Shown one piece after another: positions 8,499 through 18,442 of a stretch of DNA of 64,000 nucleotides. The stretch is from NCBI GenBank assembly GCA_944324645.1, contig CALUXB010000001.1, positions 428,837 through 492,836 on the forward strand. Direction: 5' to 3'. The position numbers were made by a program, and so were the translations under genes. Source of the DNA: an uncultured Elusimicrobiales bacterium. GTDB lineage: Bacteria > Elusimicrobiota > Elusimicrobia > Elusimicrobiales > Elusimicrobiaceae. Under the pieces are notes generated by a model, which had not been told where the DNA came from, did not search any database, and was given only the letters and a program-made list of their open reading frames with translations. The stretch's first letter is position 1. Each line of letters begins with the position of its first letter.

Positions 8499-11144
8499 TT
8501 ATTTGCTTTTTTTGTGCTTGACTGGCTCACCGTAGTAAGCTTTCAAGTACAGCTCTTTGATTTCGCTTACCAGCGGGTAGCGGGCATTGCCGCCGGTGCA
8601 CTGGTCGTCAAAGGCCAATTCAGACAGTTTGTCTAAGTTTGCCAAGAATTCCTGTTCGGGAATACCATATTCCTTAATGGATTTGGGAATATTGAGCTCA
8701 TTTTTCAGTTTGGTAATCATCTCAATGAGCTTTTGCACTTTGGCGTCCTTATCGTCGCCCATATCATTGTTGGGCAGCAGGAAGTCCACAATTTTGGCGT
8801 AACGGCCGCGCACGAACGGGTATTTATACTGCGGATACAAGCCCTGCTTGGTGGGTTTATCCGTGGCGTTGAACTCAATGACGTAGGTCAACAGCAGCGC
8901 ATTGGCCAACCCGTGCGGCACGTGGTACATAGCGCCCAGTTTGTGGGCCATAGAGTGGCACAAGCCCAAGAAGGCGTTGGCAAAAGCCATACCGGCAATG
9001 GTGGCGGCGTAGTGCATTTTTTCGCGGGCGTTGATGTCCTGCGCGCCTTTGTCGTAAGAGCTTTTTAAGTATTTAAACACCAAACGCATCGCTTCCAAGG
9101 CTTGGCCGTCGGTAAAGTTGGTGGCAAATACAGAAGTATAAGCCTCAATGGCGTGGGTCAGCACGTCCAAGCCGCTGTAGGCGGTTAAGCCTTTGGGCAT
9201 ACCCAGCACAAATTCCGGGTCAATAATAGCCATATCCGGGGTTAAAGCGTAATCCGTAATAGCGTATTTGGTGCCGGTTTTCTCATCGGTAATGATAGTG
9301 AACGGCGTTACTTCAGAACCGGTGCCGGACGTGGTGGGAATAGCCACCATAACGGCTTTTTTACCCAACGGAGGAGCCGCATAAATGCGTTTGCGGATAT
9401 CCATAAAGCGCATTGCAATATCTTCAAAGCTGGTGTCCGGGTTTTCATACATCAGCCATACCATTTTGGCTTCGTCCATAGCAGAGCCGCCGCCCAAGCC
9501 GATAATTACGTCAGGCTGCCAAGAGTTGGCGATAGTCAGCGCTTCGGTTACGTTTTCAATATTCGGGTCCGGGATTACGTTGGAGAATACGCGGAATTTG
9601 ATGCCAATGCTTTCCAACACTTCCGCTACCGCACGCACGTGGCCCAGTTGTTCCATTGTTTTATCGGTAATGATATAAGCCCGCTGTTTGCCGGCCAGTT
9701 CTGCCAGGGCCTGTTCCAGCGCGCCGCGTTTGAAGTAGATTTTGGAAGGTACTTTGTACCAGTACATATTTTCGCGGCGTTCCGCGACGGATTTTACGTT
9801 CATAAGGTGTTTGACTCCGATATTTTCGCTGACCGAGTTGCCGCCCCAAGAGCCACAGCCCAGCGTGAGTGACGGCGCCAGTTTGAAGTTATACACGTCG
9901 CCGATAGCGCCCTGGGAAGAAGGCATATTAATTAACGTGCGGGCGGTGGGCATATCTTTAAAGATGTCAATGTGCGCTTCGTTGGCTTCGTCGGTGTAGA
10001 GCACAGAGGTATGGCCTGCGCCGCCGTAAAGAATTAAGTCACGCGCCAGCTGCACGGCGTGGTCAAAATCTTTGGCGCGGTAGAACGCCAACACCGGGGA
10101 AAGTTTTTCGCGGGCGAAGGGTTCCTCGTCGCTCACTTTTTCCGCTTCGGCAATTAAGATTTTGGTGTCGGCGGGTACTTTAATGCCTGCCATTTCGGCA
10201 ATGGTTTCTGCGCTTTGGCCGGCGATGGCGGAGTTGAGTTTGCCGTCTTTTACAATAGTGTCGCCCAGTTTTTTGCGGTCTTTGCCGGTGACAAAGTGGC
10301 AGCCGCGGTCAATAAATTCCTGTTTGACTTTGTCATAGATAGCGTCTTCTACGATAACGGACTGTTCGCTGGCGCAGATGGTGCCGTTGTCAAAGGTTTT
10401 GCTCATAATAACGGAGCTGACGGCCATTTTAATATTGGCGGTGGCGTCAATTACAACAGGGGTGTTGCCCGCGCCTACGCCGATGGCCGGCTTGCCGGAA
10501 GAGTAGGCCGCTTTGACCATACCCGGGCCGCCGGTAGCTAAAATAAGGTTAATGTCTTTGTGGTGCATCAGCGCGTTGGAGAGCGGCATAGTCGGGTTGT
10601 CTATCCAGCCAATAATGCCTTCCGGCGCGCCGGCTTCTACCGCGGCGTTGAGTACGATGCGGGCCGCTTCAATGGTGCATTCTTTGGCGCGCGGATGTGG
10701 AGAAAAAATAATGCCGTTGCGCGTTTTCAAGGCCAGCAAACTTTTGAAAATAGCCGTAGAGGTTGGGTTGGTGGTCGGAATAACGCCGGCAATCAAACCG
10801 ATAGGCTCTGCCACCTGGCGGTAACCAAAGGAGTCGTCGTCTGATAAGACGCCGCAGGTTTTGGTGTCTTTATATTGGTTATAAATATATTCGGAAGAAA
10901 ATTGGTTTTTAATTACCTTATCTTCCATAACCCCCATACGGGTTTCCGCCACGGCCATTTTGGCCAGCGGAATGCGGTTCTGTGCCGCGGCAATGGCAGC
11001 GGCGCGGAAAATTTTGTCCACTTGTTCCTGCGTATAGTTGGCATAAATGCGCTGGGCCTTTTTTACCTTTTCCACAATTTGGTCCAGGTGGGCCAACTCT
11101 TCGGGGGTGGCCACGGCCGGCGCTTTGGTTTTTTTGTCCGCCAT
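8499..11144 (-). CDS. adhE: Bifunctional acetaldehyde-CoA/alcohol dehydrogenase
   Basis: ALDH motifs (PTTNPTST, ATGG, GVGAGN, CASEQS) and Fe-ADH motifs (GGGSAMD, PTTSGTGSEVT, HAIEAY, HSMAH). ATG at 11144 follows AAGGAG. Confidence 0.97.
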   Translation of the reverse strand: MADKKTKAPAVATPEELAHLDQIVEKVKKAQRIYANYTQEQVDKIFRAAAIAAAQNRIPLAKMAVAETRMGVMEDKVIKNQFSSEYIYNQYKDTKTCGVLSDDDSFGYRQVAEPIGLIAGVIPTTNPTSTAIFKSLLALKTRNGIIFSPHPRAKECTIEAARIVLNAAVEAGAPEGIIGWIDNPTMPLSNALMHHKDINLILATGGPGMVKAAYSSGKPAIGVGAGNTPVVIDATANIKMAVSSVIMSKTFDNGTICASEQSVIVEDAIYDKVKQEFIDRGCHFVTGKDRKKLGDTIVKDGKLNSAIAGQSAETIAEMAGIKVPADTKILIAEAEKVSDEEPFAREKLSPVLAFYRAKDFDHAVQLARDLILYGGAGHTSVLYTDEANEAHIDIFKDMPTARTLINMPSSQGAIGDVYNFKLAPSLTLGCGSWGGNSVSENIGVKHLMNVKSVAERRENMYWYKVPSKIYFKRGALEQALAELAGKQRAYIITDKTMEQLGHVRAVAEVLESIGIKFRVFSNVIPDPNIENVTEALTIANSWQPDVIIGLGGGSAMDEAKMVWLMYENPDTSFEDIAMRFMDIRKRIYAAPPLGKKAVMVAIPTTSGTGSEVTPFTIITDEKTGTKYAITDYALTPDMAIIDPEFVLGMPKGLTAYSGLDVLTHAIEAYTSVFATNFTDGQALEAMRLVFKYLKSSYDKGAQDINAREKMHYAATIAGMAFANAFLGLCHSMAHKLGAMYHVPHGLANALLLTYVIEFNATDKPTKQGLYPQYKYPFVRGRYAKIVDFLLPNNDMGDDKDAKVQKLIEMITKLKNELNIPKSIKEYGIPEQEFLANLDKLSELAFDDQCTGGNARYPLVSEIKELYLKAYYGEPVKHKKSK

Positions 11145-11185
11145 AACTGTTCTCCTTTTCAAAATATCTTTGGTAAAACGAGATG

Positions 11186-11233
11186 TAGATATTTTTATAT
11201 CCATATGATACCTGTTTTAAAAAAGTCTGTCAA
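11186..11233 (-). promoter_or_regulatory. adhE promoter with 18-bp palindromic operator
   Basis: Minus strand TTGACA (11233-11228), 17 nt, TATCAT (11210-11205), then TGGATATAAAAATATCTA (11203-11186). Confidence 0.8.
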
Positions 11234-11261
11234 TATATCGTCTAAAATAAAAATGGCGGAC

Positions 11262-11309
11262 TTGACAAAAAAAACAGAAAAGTTTATTATATGGATATTG
11301 AAATATCTA
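11262..11309 (+). promoter_or_regulatory. rex promoter with 18-bp palindromic operator
   Basis: TTGACA (11262-11267), 17 nt, TATTAT (11285-11290), then TGGATATTGAAATATCTA (11292-11309). Confidence 0.8.
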
Positions 11310-11335
11310 GATTTTTAAGACGGGAGAATTTTTAT

Positions 11336-11974
11336 ATGGGCCTTTTTTCCAAGAAAAAAAGCATTAGTGTGCAGACTATACGCCGCCTGCCGCAGTATTT
11401 GCGCGTGCTGTATGATTGGCACGGCTACGGGCGGGAGCTGGCCTCTTCCACTGAGCTGGCGCAGGAAACGCAAGTGCTCCCGATTGTGATTAAAAAAGAC
11501 CTGCAGGCTATAGGTGCCCCCAGCAAAATGCGGGCGGGGTTTAAGATAAAAGGCACCATTACCGCGATTGAGAATTTTCTAGGTTGGGACAATTTAAATA
11601 AAGCTTTTTTAGTGGGTGCCGGGCATTTGGGTGCGGCGCTGTTGGGCTTTTCCGGCTTTAAAAACCACGGGCTTGAAATTGTGGCGGCCTTTGACACGCA
11701 TCCGGAGCGGGTGGGAAATGAAATACACGGCGTGCACGTCTATCATACAGCGCAGTTAAAAAGTGTGATAGAAGAGAAAAAATTAAAAATCGCCGTACTG
11801 ACCGTGCCCGGCCCCGCCGCCCAGGGGATAACCGATACGCTGGTGGCTTGCGGTATAAAAGCGATTTGGAATTTTGCCCCGGTCAAACTGGCGGTGCCGC
11901 CCGATGTGGCGGTGCAGCAGGAAGATATCGCCTCGGGCTTGGCGGAGCTGTGCGCGCAGCTGAAAAGTAAATAA
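11336..11974 (+). CDS. rex: Redox-sensing transcriptional repressor Rex
   Basis: TIRRLPQYLR winged-helix start, SSTELA, GAGHLG Rossmann motif, IKAIWNFAP. Divergent from adhE. Start at 11336 follows GGGAG. Confidence 0.93.
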   Translation: MGLFSKKKSISVQTIRRLPQYLRVLYDWHGYGRELASSTELAQETQVLPIVIKKDLQAIGAPSKMRAGFKIKGTITAIENFLGWDNLNKAFLVGAGHLGAALLGFSGFKNHGLEIVAAFDTHPERVGNEIHGVHVYHTAQLKSVIEEKKLKIAVLTVPGPAAQGITDTLVACGIKAIWNFAPVKLAVPPDVAVQQEDIASGLAELCAQLKSK

Positions 11975-12389
11975 CGTTTTATGTAATGCGGCGCGAGCGT
12001 TGCGCTGTGCTTTAAAACGGGCAAAGCTTTTGTTAAGGGGCTCTGCGGCGTTTAAGCGAATGCTGTTGGTGTGAATGGTTGGGTTTGACGCAGTTGTGCG
12101 CACAATAAAAAAGCAAACAGATGCATATTTTTTGGGAGGAACGCTTGCGTTGTGCCTGCTACTGAAAAGCAGGCAATAGCATATGGCTTTAAAGAGAACA
12201 ACCGCGCTTTTGGGCGCGGTTGTTTGCGTGAGGAGGGTTTTTTGTTTGTTATGTTTTGTTAAACGGCAACTCTAAAGGGGTTGTAACAAGCAAAAAGCGT
12301 TAGCCCGAAAGAAGCGAGAAAGTTTAAAAAAATTGCAGGCAAAGCAGTAATAAATATCCCCGGCTTAGCCCGGGGGCAAAAAGCAAGAA

Positions 12390-12416
12390 GAAACCCGGGC
12401 TTTAAGCCCGGGTTTT
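12390..12416. terminator. Hairpin/terminator downstream of the HIT gene
   Basis: AAACCCGGGCTT-TAAGCCCGGGTTT palindromic stem. Confidence 0.65.
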
Positions 12417-12427
12417 GCCTAGAGAAA

Positions 12428-12763
12428 TCAGCCTGCCGGCCACAAAAAGCGCCGCCCCGCCATCAGGTGGAAGTGCAGATGGTCCACGCTTTGGCCTGCG
12501 CCTTTGCCGTTGTTGGTAACCAGGCGGAAATCTTTTAAGTCGTATTTTTTAGCCAAATCGCGGGCGGCCAATAATACCTTGCCCAGCAATTCGGCATCGC
12601 CGTCTTGGGCTTGGTCCAAGCGGCTGATGTGTTTCTTGGGGATAATCAGCAGGTGGGTGGGCGCCTGCGGATTTAAATCCTTAAACGCCACCACGTCATC
12701 GTTTTCATAGATGATTTGGCTTTTGATTTCCCCGCTTACAATGCCACAGAATATGCAATCCAT
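12428..12763 (-). CDS. Histidine triad (HIT/HinT) nucleotide-binding protein
   Basis: CIFC, DLNPQAPTHLLIIPKKH and HLHFH triad. Confidence 0.93.
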   Translation of the reverse strand: MDCIFCGIVSGEIKSQIIYENDDVVAFKDLNPQAPTHLLIIPKKHISRLDQAQDGDAELLGKVLLAARDLAKKYDLKDFRLVTNNGKGAGQSVDHLHFHLMAGRRFLWPAG

Positions 12764-13017
12764 ATGCCTATTATATAAAATAACCGCACCGGCACAAGGG
12801 CAAGCACCCAAGCGAAAACGCCAGCCCCCAACGCAAAAAGAAACAGTCCTTTTTAGCTAACCGGCAAACGCGGGCAGTCCGGCCCCTCTTTTTGTCTGAG
12901 AGGGGGGCTTTCGGGCGCGGCAAAAGGGGCGGCGAATAAAAGCTAAAATTGCTACAATAAATAAAAAGGCGCCCGCCTGTGCGGGAGCCCGGTTATTTTT
13001 CGCTGTAAGAGGTTTTT

Positions 13018-14424
13018 ATGGCCAGTAATTTATTAGAGGAAAAAATACCCCCGCAAGCTATAGATGCAGAAATGGCGGTGCTGGGTTCTATGTTAATGGA
13101 AAGCAATGCGGTGGAGCGGGCGCTGGATATTTTAAAGCCAGAGCATTTTTATAAAGACGCTCACAAAAAGATTTTTGCCGCTATGAAAAGCCTGGCCGAT
13201 AAAAACCAGGCCGTGGATTTAGTGACCCTGACCGAAGAATTGAAAACTCAAAATCTCTTGCTGCAGGTGGGGGGAGAGCTGTATCTGGCGGATTTGATTA
13301 ATAAAGTTTCTACCGCCGCCCACGTGGAACATTATGCCAATATTGTCCGCCAAAAATATTTGGTGCGTGATCTGATACGCACGGCTACCTCTTTGGTGGA
13401 AGAATGTTATAAAGGCGAAGAAGAGCCTGAAAAACTGATTGATATGGCCCAGGACCAAATTTTCAAACTTAGCCAAAAGCAGGATTTGAGAGGGTTTGTT
13501 TCTTCTAAAGTGTTGGCGGTAGAAGTAATGGAAATGATAGAAAAAGCCCATCTGGACCGCAACCCCATTAAAGGGGTGCCGACCGGTTTTAGAGCTTTTG
13601 ACGACAAAACGGGTGGTTTTCGTAAATCGGATTTAATTATTTTGGGGGCCCGCCCCAGCCAGGGTAAAACGGCTTTGGCGCTGAATATTGCGCATTATGC
13701 CTGCGTGCAGAAAAAAATACCAGTGGCTATTTTTTCATTGGAAATGAGCCGCCATTCCATTTACGAACGTATGCTTTGCTCTGCCGCTATGGCAGAAGTG
13801 CATTTGGTGCGCAGCGGGCGTTTCCCGCGCAACAAATGGCCGGAGCTGACCCACCAGCTGGCCTGTCTTTCGGAAGCGCCGCTGTATATTGATGACACGT
13901 CCGGGATTTCTATTACGGAAATTCGTATGCGCTCGCGCCGTTTGGCTAATGAACTGGCCAAACAAGGCAAAACCCTGGGGCTGATTGTGATAGACTATTT
14001 GCAGTTAATCCGCTCTTCGGGCCGTTCAGAAAGCCGCCAGCAAGAGGTGTCTGAAATTTCGCGTATGCTAAAAGAGCTGGCGCGCAGCTTGGAAGTTCCG
14101 GTGTTGGCGCTTTCCCAGCTGAGCCGTAAAAACGAAGATAAAAGCCGCGAGGATAAACGTCCGTTGCTCTCCGATTTGCGTGAATCCGGCTCTATTGAGC
14201 AAGACGCAGACGTGGTGGCTCTGCTTCACCGCGACGAATATTATAAGCGCGACGATGAACGCTTTAAAGGCAAGGCCACGCTGATTATTGCCAAACAGCG
14301 CAACGGCCCGGTGGGAGACATAGATTTGAACTTTATTAGCCAATACACCCTGTTCACCAACCCGGTGGCTGAGACGGAGAACTTAGGCCCGGCGGATGCA
14401 GGGGTAATGGTGTTGCCGGAGTAA
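13018..14424 (+). CDS. dnaB: Replicative DNA helicase
   Basis: GARPSQGKT Walker A, IVIDYLQL, SDLRESGSIEQDAD, KQRNGP. Confidence 0.97.
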   Translation: MASNLLEEKIPPQAIDAEMAVLGSMLMESNAVERALDILKPEHFYKDAHKKIFAAMKSLADKNQAVDLVTLTEELKTQNLLLQVGGELYLADLINKVSTAAHVEHYANIVRQKYLVRDLIRTATSLVEECYKGEEEPEKLIDMAQDQIFKLSQKQDLRGFVSSKVLAVEVMEMIEKAHLDRNPIKGVPTGFRAFDDKTGGFRKSDLIILGARPSQGKTALALNIAHYACVQKKIPVAIFSLEMSRHSIYERMLCSAAMAEVHLVRSGRFPRNKWPELTHQLACLSEAPLYIDDTSGISITEIRMRSRRLANELAKQGKTLGLIVIDYLQLIRSSGRSESRQQEVSEISRMLKELARSLEVPVLALSQLSRKNEDKSREDKRPLLSDLRESGSIEQDADVVALLHRDEYYKRDDERFKGKATLIIAKQRNGPVGDIDLNFISQYTLFTNPVAETENLGPADAGVMVLPE

Positions 14425-14426
14425 AT

Positions 14427-15533
14427 GTGGATATACCGTTTCTGCGCCCGACTTGGGCGGAAATAGATTTAGGCGCTTATGGGCGCAACTTGCAAAAAAT
14501 CCGTGCCAAAGTGGGTCCGGAAGTAAAATTGCTTGCCGTAGTGAAAGCCAATGCCTATGGGCACGGGGCGGAACGCTTGGCGTTATATGCCCAGCAACAC
14601 AAGCTGTGTGATTTTTTAGGGGCGGCTTCTGTAGAAGAAGGCATTGTTTTGCGTCGTGCGGGGGTAACGCTGCCTGTTTTGGTGCTGGGCAGTTTGTATC
14701 CGTTTGAAGCGTTTGAATATGCCATCAAATATGATTTGTCTGTGGCGGTGGCCAGCCTGGAAGCGGCCAAGGCTATCAAACAAATTGCGCGTAAGCTGGG
14801 CAAAAAAGCCCGCTGTCACGTCAAGCAAGACAGCGGTATGGGCCGCATCGGCACACGGCGCGGTGGCGTGATGCATATTATTCACGAGCTAAATGGGGAC
14901 GAATTTATTGTGCTGGAGGGGCTTTTTACCCATCTTTCCAGCGTAGATAGCGACCCAGCCTATACTGAAGAGCAAATTGGCTATTTCCGCGATACGATGA
15001 CCAATGTGCGTTTGCATAAAATTCCGGTGCAACTATGCCATATGGCAGCTTCGCCGGCGATAGAATTGCGGCCGGACTCGTATTGTGATATGGTACGGGC
15101 GGGACACAGCGCTTTTGGCCTCTCAGAAGGGTTTGAGCCCGTGCTGTCTTTGAAGAGCCGCATTGTGTTTGCCAAAGACGTAGCGGCCGGGGCCAGCATT
15201 AGCTATAACCGCAGTTTTATTGCACCCGGCGCGATGAAGGTGGCCACCATACCGGTAGGGTATGGAGACGGCTATTTGCGGGCCCTGTCTAACAAGGCTG
15301 AAGTGTTAATCCAGGGTACGCGCTGCCGGGTACTGGGCAATATTACGATGGATATGACGATGGTAGATATCTCTGCCGTGCCGCAGGCGCGTGTGGGGAA
15401 TGAAGTGGTGCTGATTGGTTGCCAGCAAGGGCAGCAAATCCGCGCGGCAGAACTGGCTAAACTGGCGGGGACGATTGATTATGAGCTGACTACGCTTCTA
15501 ATGCCCCGCGTACCGAGGTTTTATAAAGAATAA
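14427..15533 (+). CDS. alr: Alanine racemase
   Basis: AVVKANAYGHG PLP-lysine motif; VGYGDG; ITMDM; IDYE. Confidence 0.96.
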   Translation: MDIPFLRPTWAEIDLGAYGRNLQKIRAKVGPEVKLLAVVKANAYGHGAERLALYAQQHKLCDFLGAASVEEGIVLRRAGVTLPVLVLGSLYPFEAFEYAIKYDLSVAVASLEAAKAIKQIARKLGKKARCHVKQDSGMGRIGTRRGGVMHIIHELNGDEFIVLEGLFTHLSSVDSDPAYTEEQIGYFRDTMTNVRLHKIPVQLCHMAASPAIELRPDSYCDMVRAGHSAFGLSEGFEPVLSLKSRIVFAKDVAAGASISYNRSFIAPGAMKVATIPVGYGDGYLRALSNKAEVLIQGTRCRVLGNITMDMTMVDISAVPQARVGNEVVLIGCQQGQQIRAAELAKLAGTIDYELTTLLMPRVPRFYKE

Positions 15534-16310
15534 ATGTTCACCGCTATAGGAACGATGGTAACCCGTTGGATGGACCAGACCGGAGGCGCGGCCAATATGG
15601 TGCGCGCGGCCTGCTTTTGGCTGGTGCGTTCCCGTTTTGAGTTTGAGCAGTTTGTACGCCAAAGCGTTAGTGTGGGGGTGGAGTCTTTTGGCGTAACGGC
15701 GTTGACCAGCTTGTTCACCGGTATGGTGCTGGCGCTGCAGGCCGGCAACACCATAGGCAATATTTTTGGCGACCCGATTTATGTGGGTACGATTGTGGCG
15801 TTCTCCCTAATCCGCGAATTGGGCCCCGTGCTGACGGGGGTGGTGGTAGCCGGGCGCGCCGGGGCCGCCGTAACGGCGCATATTGGCACTATGGCGGTAA
15901 CCGAACAGCTGGACGCGCTCTATACCTTAGGTACTAATCCCATTCAATATTTGGTCATTCCGCGTATGTTTGCCTTTTTGCTGACTATGCCGGTGCTGAC
16001 GTTGTTTTCCAATTTATTTGGTATTGTGGGCGGATATTTGGTGGCGGTGTACGCGCTGGAAGTGCCCGGAGAGGTGTATTTGAGCGATATCACGTCTTTT
16101 ATGGACGTCAACGATTTTATGCACGGGTTTTTAAAATCTTTTGTGTTTGCCTTTTTGGTAGCCACCGTGTGCTGTTATAAAGGCGTCAGCACGCGCGGCG
16201 GCGCGGAAGGGGTGGGTAAATCCACCACCGGCGCGGTGGTGACGTGCATTGTAATGATTTTGGTGTTGGATTATTTCTTGACCGCCATTTTAACGGCGTT
16301 TGGAATTTAA
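15534..16310 (+). CDS. mlaE: MlaE-family ABC permease
   Basis: RELGPVLTGVVVAGRAGAA, EQLDALYTLG, GAEGVGKSTT. Confidence 0.92.
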   Translation: MFTAIGTMVTRWMDQTGGAANMVRAACFWLVRSRFEFEQFVRQSVSVGVESFGVTALTSLFTGMVLALQAGNTIGNIFGDPIYVGTIVAFSLIRELGPVLTGVVVAGRAGAAVTAHIGTMAVTEQLDALYTLGTNPIQYLVIPRMFAFLLTMPVLTLFSNLFGIVGGYLVAVYALEVPGEVYLSDITSFMDVNDFMHGFLKSFVFAFLVATVCCYKGVSTRGGAEGVGKSTTGAVVTCIVMILVLDYFLTAILTAFGI

Positions 16311-17075
16311 ATGATAGAGATAAAACATCTCAAAAAGAGCTTTGGCTCCCACCACGTGCTTAAAGACGTGAACCTAAATATTGAGGACGGGAAAGTGACC
16401 TCTATTTTGGGCGGTTCCGGCTCGGGCAAAAGCACACTGATAAAGTGTATGATACGCTTGCTGGATTGCGACGGGGGGCAGATTATCGTCAACGGCAAAG
16501 ACATTTCCCGCGTGCAGGACCCGTTCCGCCTGGCGGCGGTGCGGCGGCACTTTGGCTATTTGTTTCAGGAAGGGGCGTTGTTTGACTCTATGACGGTGGG
16601 GGAAAATGTTTCTTTCGGGCTGAAATACTTGACCGATATTCCTCAAGAGCGCTACGCCGCCATTGTGAAAGAAAAACTGGCTATGGTGGGTTTAAAACCC
16701 CAGGTGGCGGATTTGAATCCGTCAGAGCTTTCCGGCGGTATGCGCAAGCGCGTGAGTTTGGCGCGGGTGCTGGCGGTCAGCCCCAAATGTATTTTGTATG
16801 ACGAACCCACCACCGGCCTGGACCCCATTATGTCTGACATTATCAGCGATTTGATTTTAGAGATGAAAAAGAAAATCGGCGTTACTTCGGTGGTGATTAC
16901 GCACGATATGCATTCGGCTTTTAAAATATCGGACTACATTGCTTTCTTGCACGAAGGACATATTATGATGTACGGCACACCGGAAGAATTTAGAAAGACG
17001 GACAATCCGTATGTGCGGCAGTTTGTGGACGGCTCCAGCCAGGGGCCTATCAAAATGAAGTTGATGCGGGAGTAG
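16311..17075 (+). CDS. mlaF: MlaF-family ABC ATPase
   Basis: GGSGSGKS, LSGGMRKRV, LYDEPTTGLDP. Confidence 0.93.
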   Translation: MIEIKHLKKSFGSHHVLKDVNLNIEDGKVTSILGGSGSGKSTLIKCMIRLLDCDGGQIIVNGKDISRVQDPFRLAAVRRHFGYLFQEGALFDSMTVGENVSFGLKYLTDIPQERYAAIVKEKLAMVGLKPQVADLNPSELSGGMRKRVSLARVLAVSPKCILYDEPTTGLDPIMSDIISDLILEMKKKIGVTSVVITHDMHSAFKISDYIAFLHEGHIMMYGTPEEFRKTDNPYVRQFVDGSSQGPIKMKLMRE

Positions 17076-17164
17076 CTCTTGGGCCGCGGCGGCTTTTGCA
17101 GACTACGCGGAAAATACAGCCCGGGAGCAGGAAAATTGAAATCTATTTAAGGTAGAATAAACGT

Positions 17165-18433
17165 ATGAAACCGGAAACAAAATTAGGCATATTTACCGTA
17201 CTGGGGCTGGCAGTCCTGGGATTTTCTTTATATTTTTTGGGCGGTCTTTCCATTACCCGCACCTATGATTTAAACGTGTATTTTGCAGACGTATCCGGCT
17301 TACCGGTCAAAGCAGCAGTCAAACTGGCTGGGGTGGAAGTGGGCAAAGTAAAAGAGATTAAAATTGAAGATGACCAGGTGGTGGTAGTTACCGCTATCCG
17401 CTCTGACATACCCATATATAAAGGAGCCCGCTTTGCCGTGGTGATGACGGGTATTATTGGTACCAAATACATCAAAATTACGCAAGGCGATGCAAGCTTG
17501 GGCCAATACCAACCCGGTGACTATGTGCAGGGGATAGACGAAAAACCGATGGACGAGCAACTGGCGGAAACGATGGCCAGCGTCAAACAATTGGTGGATA
17601 GTATTAATAACCAGGGGCAATTCGGCGCGCAGTTAAACGACGCGATGCGCGATGTGCGCCAGCTTTCCGCCAATGTCAACCAGCTGGTGCAAACGATGCG
17701 CCCGTATGTTACCAGCTCTATGAAAAATTTGGAAGAAATTACCGATAAACTCAACTCCATTATGGACAGTATTTCCAATCAAGACGGCGTGTTAGGTAGT
17801 TTAATTAAAGACAAAGAGATGAAAGAGCAAGTAAAACAAAGCGTGGGCGAGCTCAAAGAAACGATGACAGAAGTGAAAACATTTGTGGGCCGGATGAGCC
17901 GCTTCCGCGTATATTGGGACTATGATTTCTTCTATGCCACCAAACCCGGCGTAGCCACCAGCGATTTGGCGTTGGAAATTTTCCCTTCCAGCGGATACAC
18001 TTATTACCGCGCGGGTATTTCTAATATCGGGAACGAAGATGATACATTGGGTGACGGGGATTATGTGGAGCGTAATAAGCTGGACCTGCGTTTTGGTTTG
18101 TATAACCGCTGGGCCAATGTGTCTGCCGGTTTGATACGCGGTGCAGGTGGCGTGGCGCTGGAAGTCAAACCCTTCTATAACCACGAATTTTTGCAGCGTT
18201 TTACCGCCGGGGTGGAATTTACCGATTGGGGGCGCGATCGTACCATTAATGGCCGCCTGTTTGATAAACCCAATCTCTCTTACGGACTGGATTTGCGTGT
18301 AAGTAAATATTTCTCTGTAGGTGCGTGGATGCGCGATGCGTTGGAAACCAATTATTTCAACGTCAAAGCCAATATCTCTTTCAACGACCAGGATATTTCC
18401 TCGTTCTTTGGGCTGGCTACGATGGCCCGCTAG
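17165..18433 (+). CDS. mlaD: MCE/MlaD protein with helical stalk and beta-rich C-terminus
   Basis: N-terminal TM, MCE motif VSGL...VKLAGVEVGKV, helical middle region, aromatic-rich C-terminal beta pattern. Confidence 0.88.
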   Translation: MKPETKLGIFTVLGLAVLGFSLYFLGGLSITRTYDLNVYFADVSGLPVKAAVKLAGVEVGKVKEIKIEDDQVVVVTAIRSDIPIYKGARFAVVMTGIIGTKYIKITQGDASLGQYQPGDYVQGIDEKPMDEQLAETMASVKQLVDSINNQGQFGAQLNDAMRDVRQLSANVNQLVQTMRPYVTSSMKNLEEITDKLNSIMDSISNQDGVLGSLIKDKEMKEQVKQSVGELKETMTEVKTFVGRMSRFRVYWDYDFFYATKPGVATSDLALEIFPSSGYTYYRAGISNIGNEDDTLGDGDYVERNKLDLRFGLYNRWANVSAGLIRGAGGVALEVKPFYNHEFLQRFTAGVEFTDWGRDRTINGRLFDKPNLSYGLDLRVSKYFSVGAWMRDALETNYFNVKANISFNDQDISSFFGLATMAR

Positions 18434-18442
18434 GGGAGTGGT

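Noticed and set aside
8587-11318. Antisense and alternative-frame ORFs over adhE, and similar shadow ORFs over other genes (e.g. 26350-27435, 35927-36619, 17801-18526)
   Set aside because: They lie within well-supported genes and have no motifs of their own.
11204-11335. Longer ORF-track starts for adhE (11204) and rex (11291)
   Set aside because: They fall inside the promoter/operator region; the downstream ATGs have RBSs.
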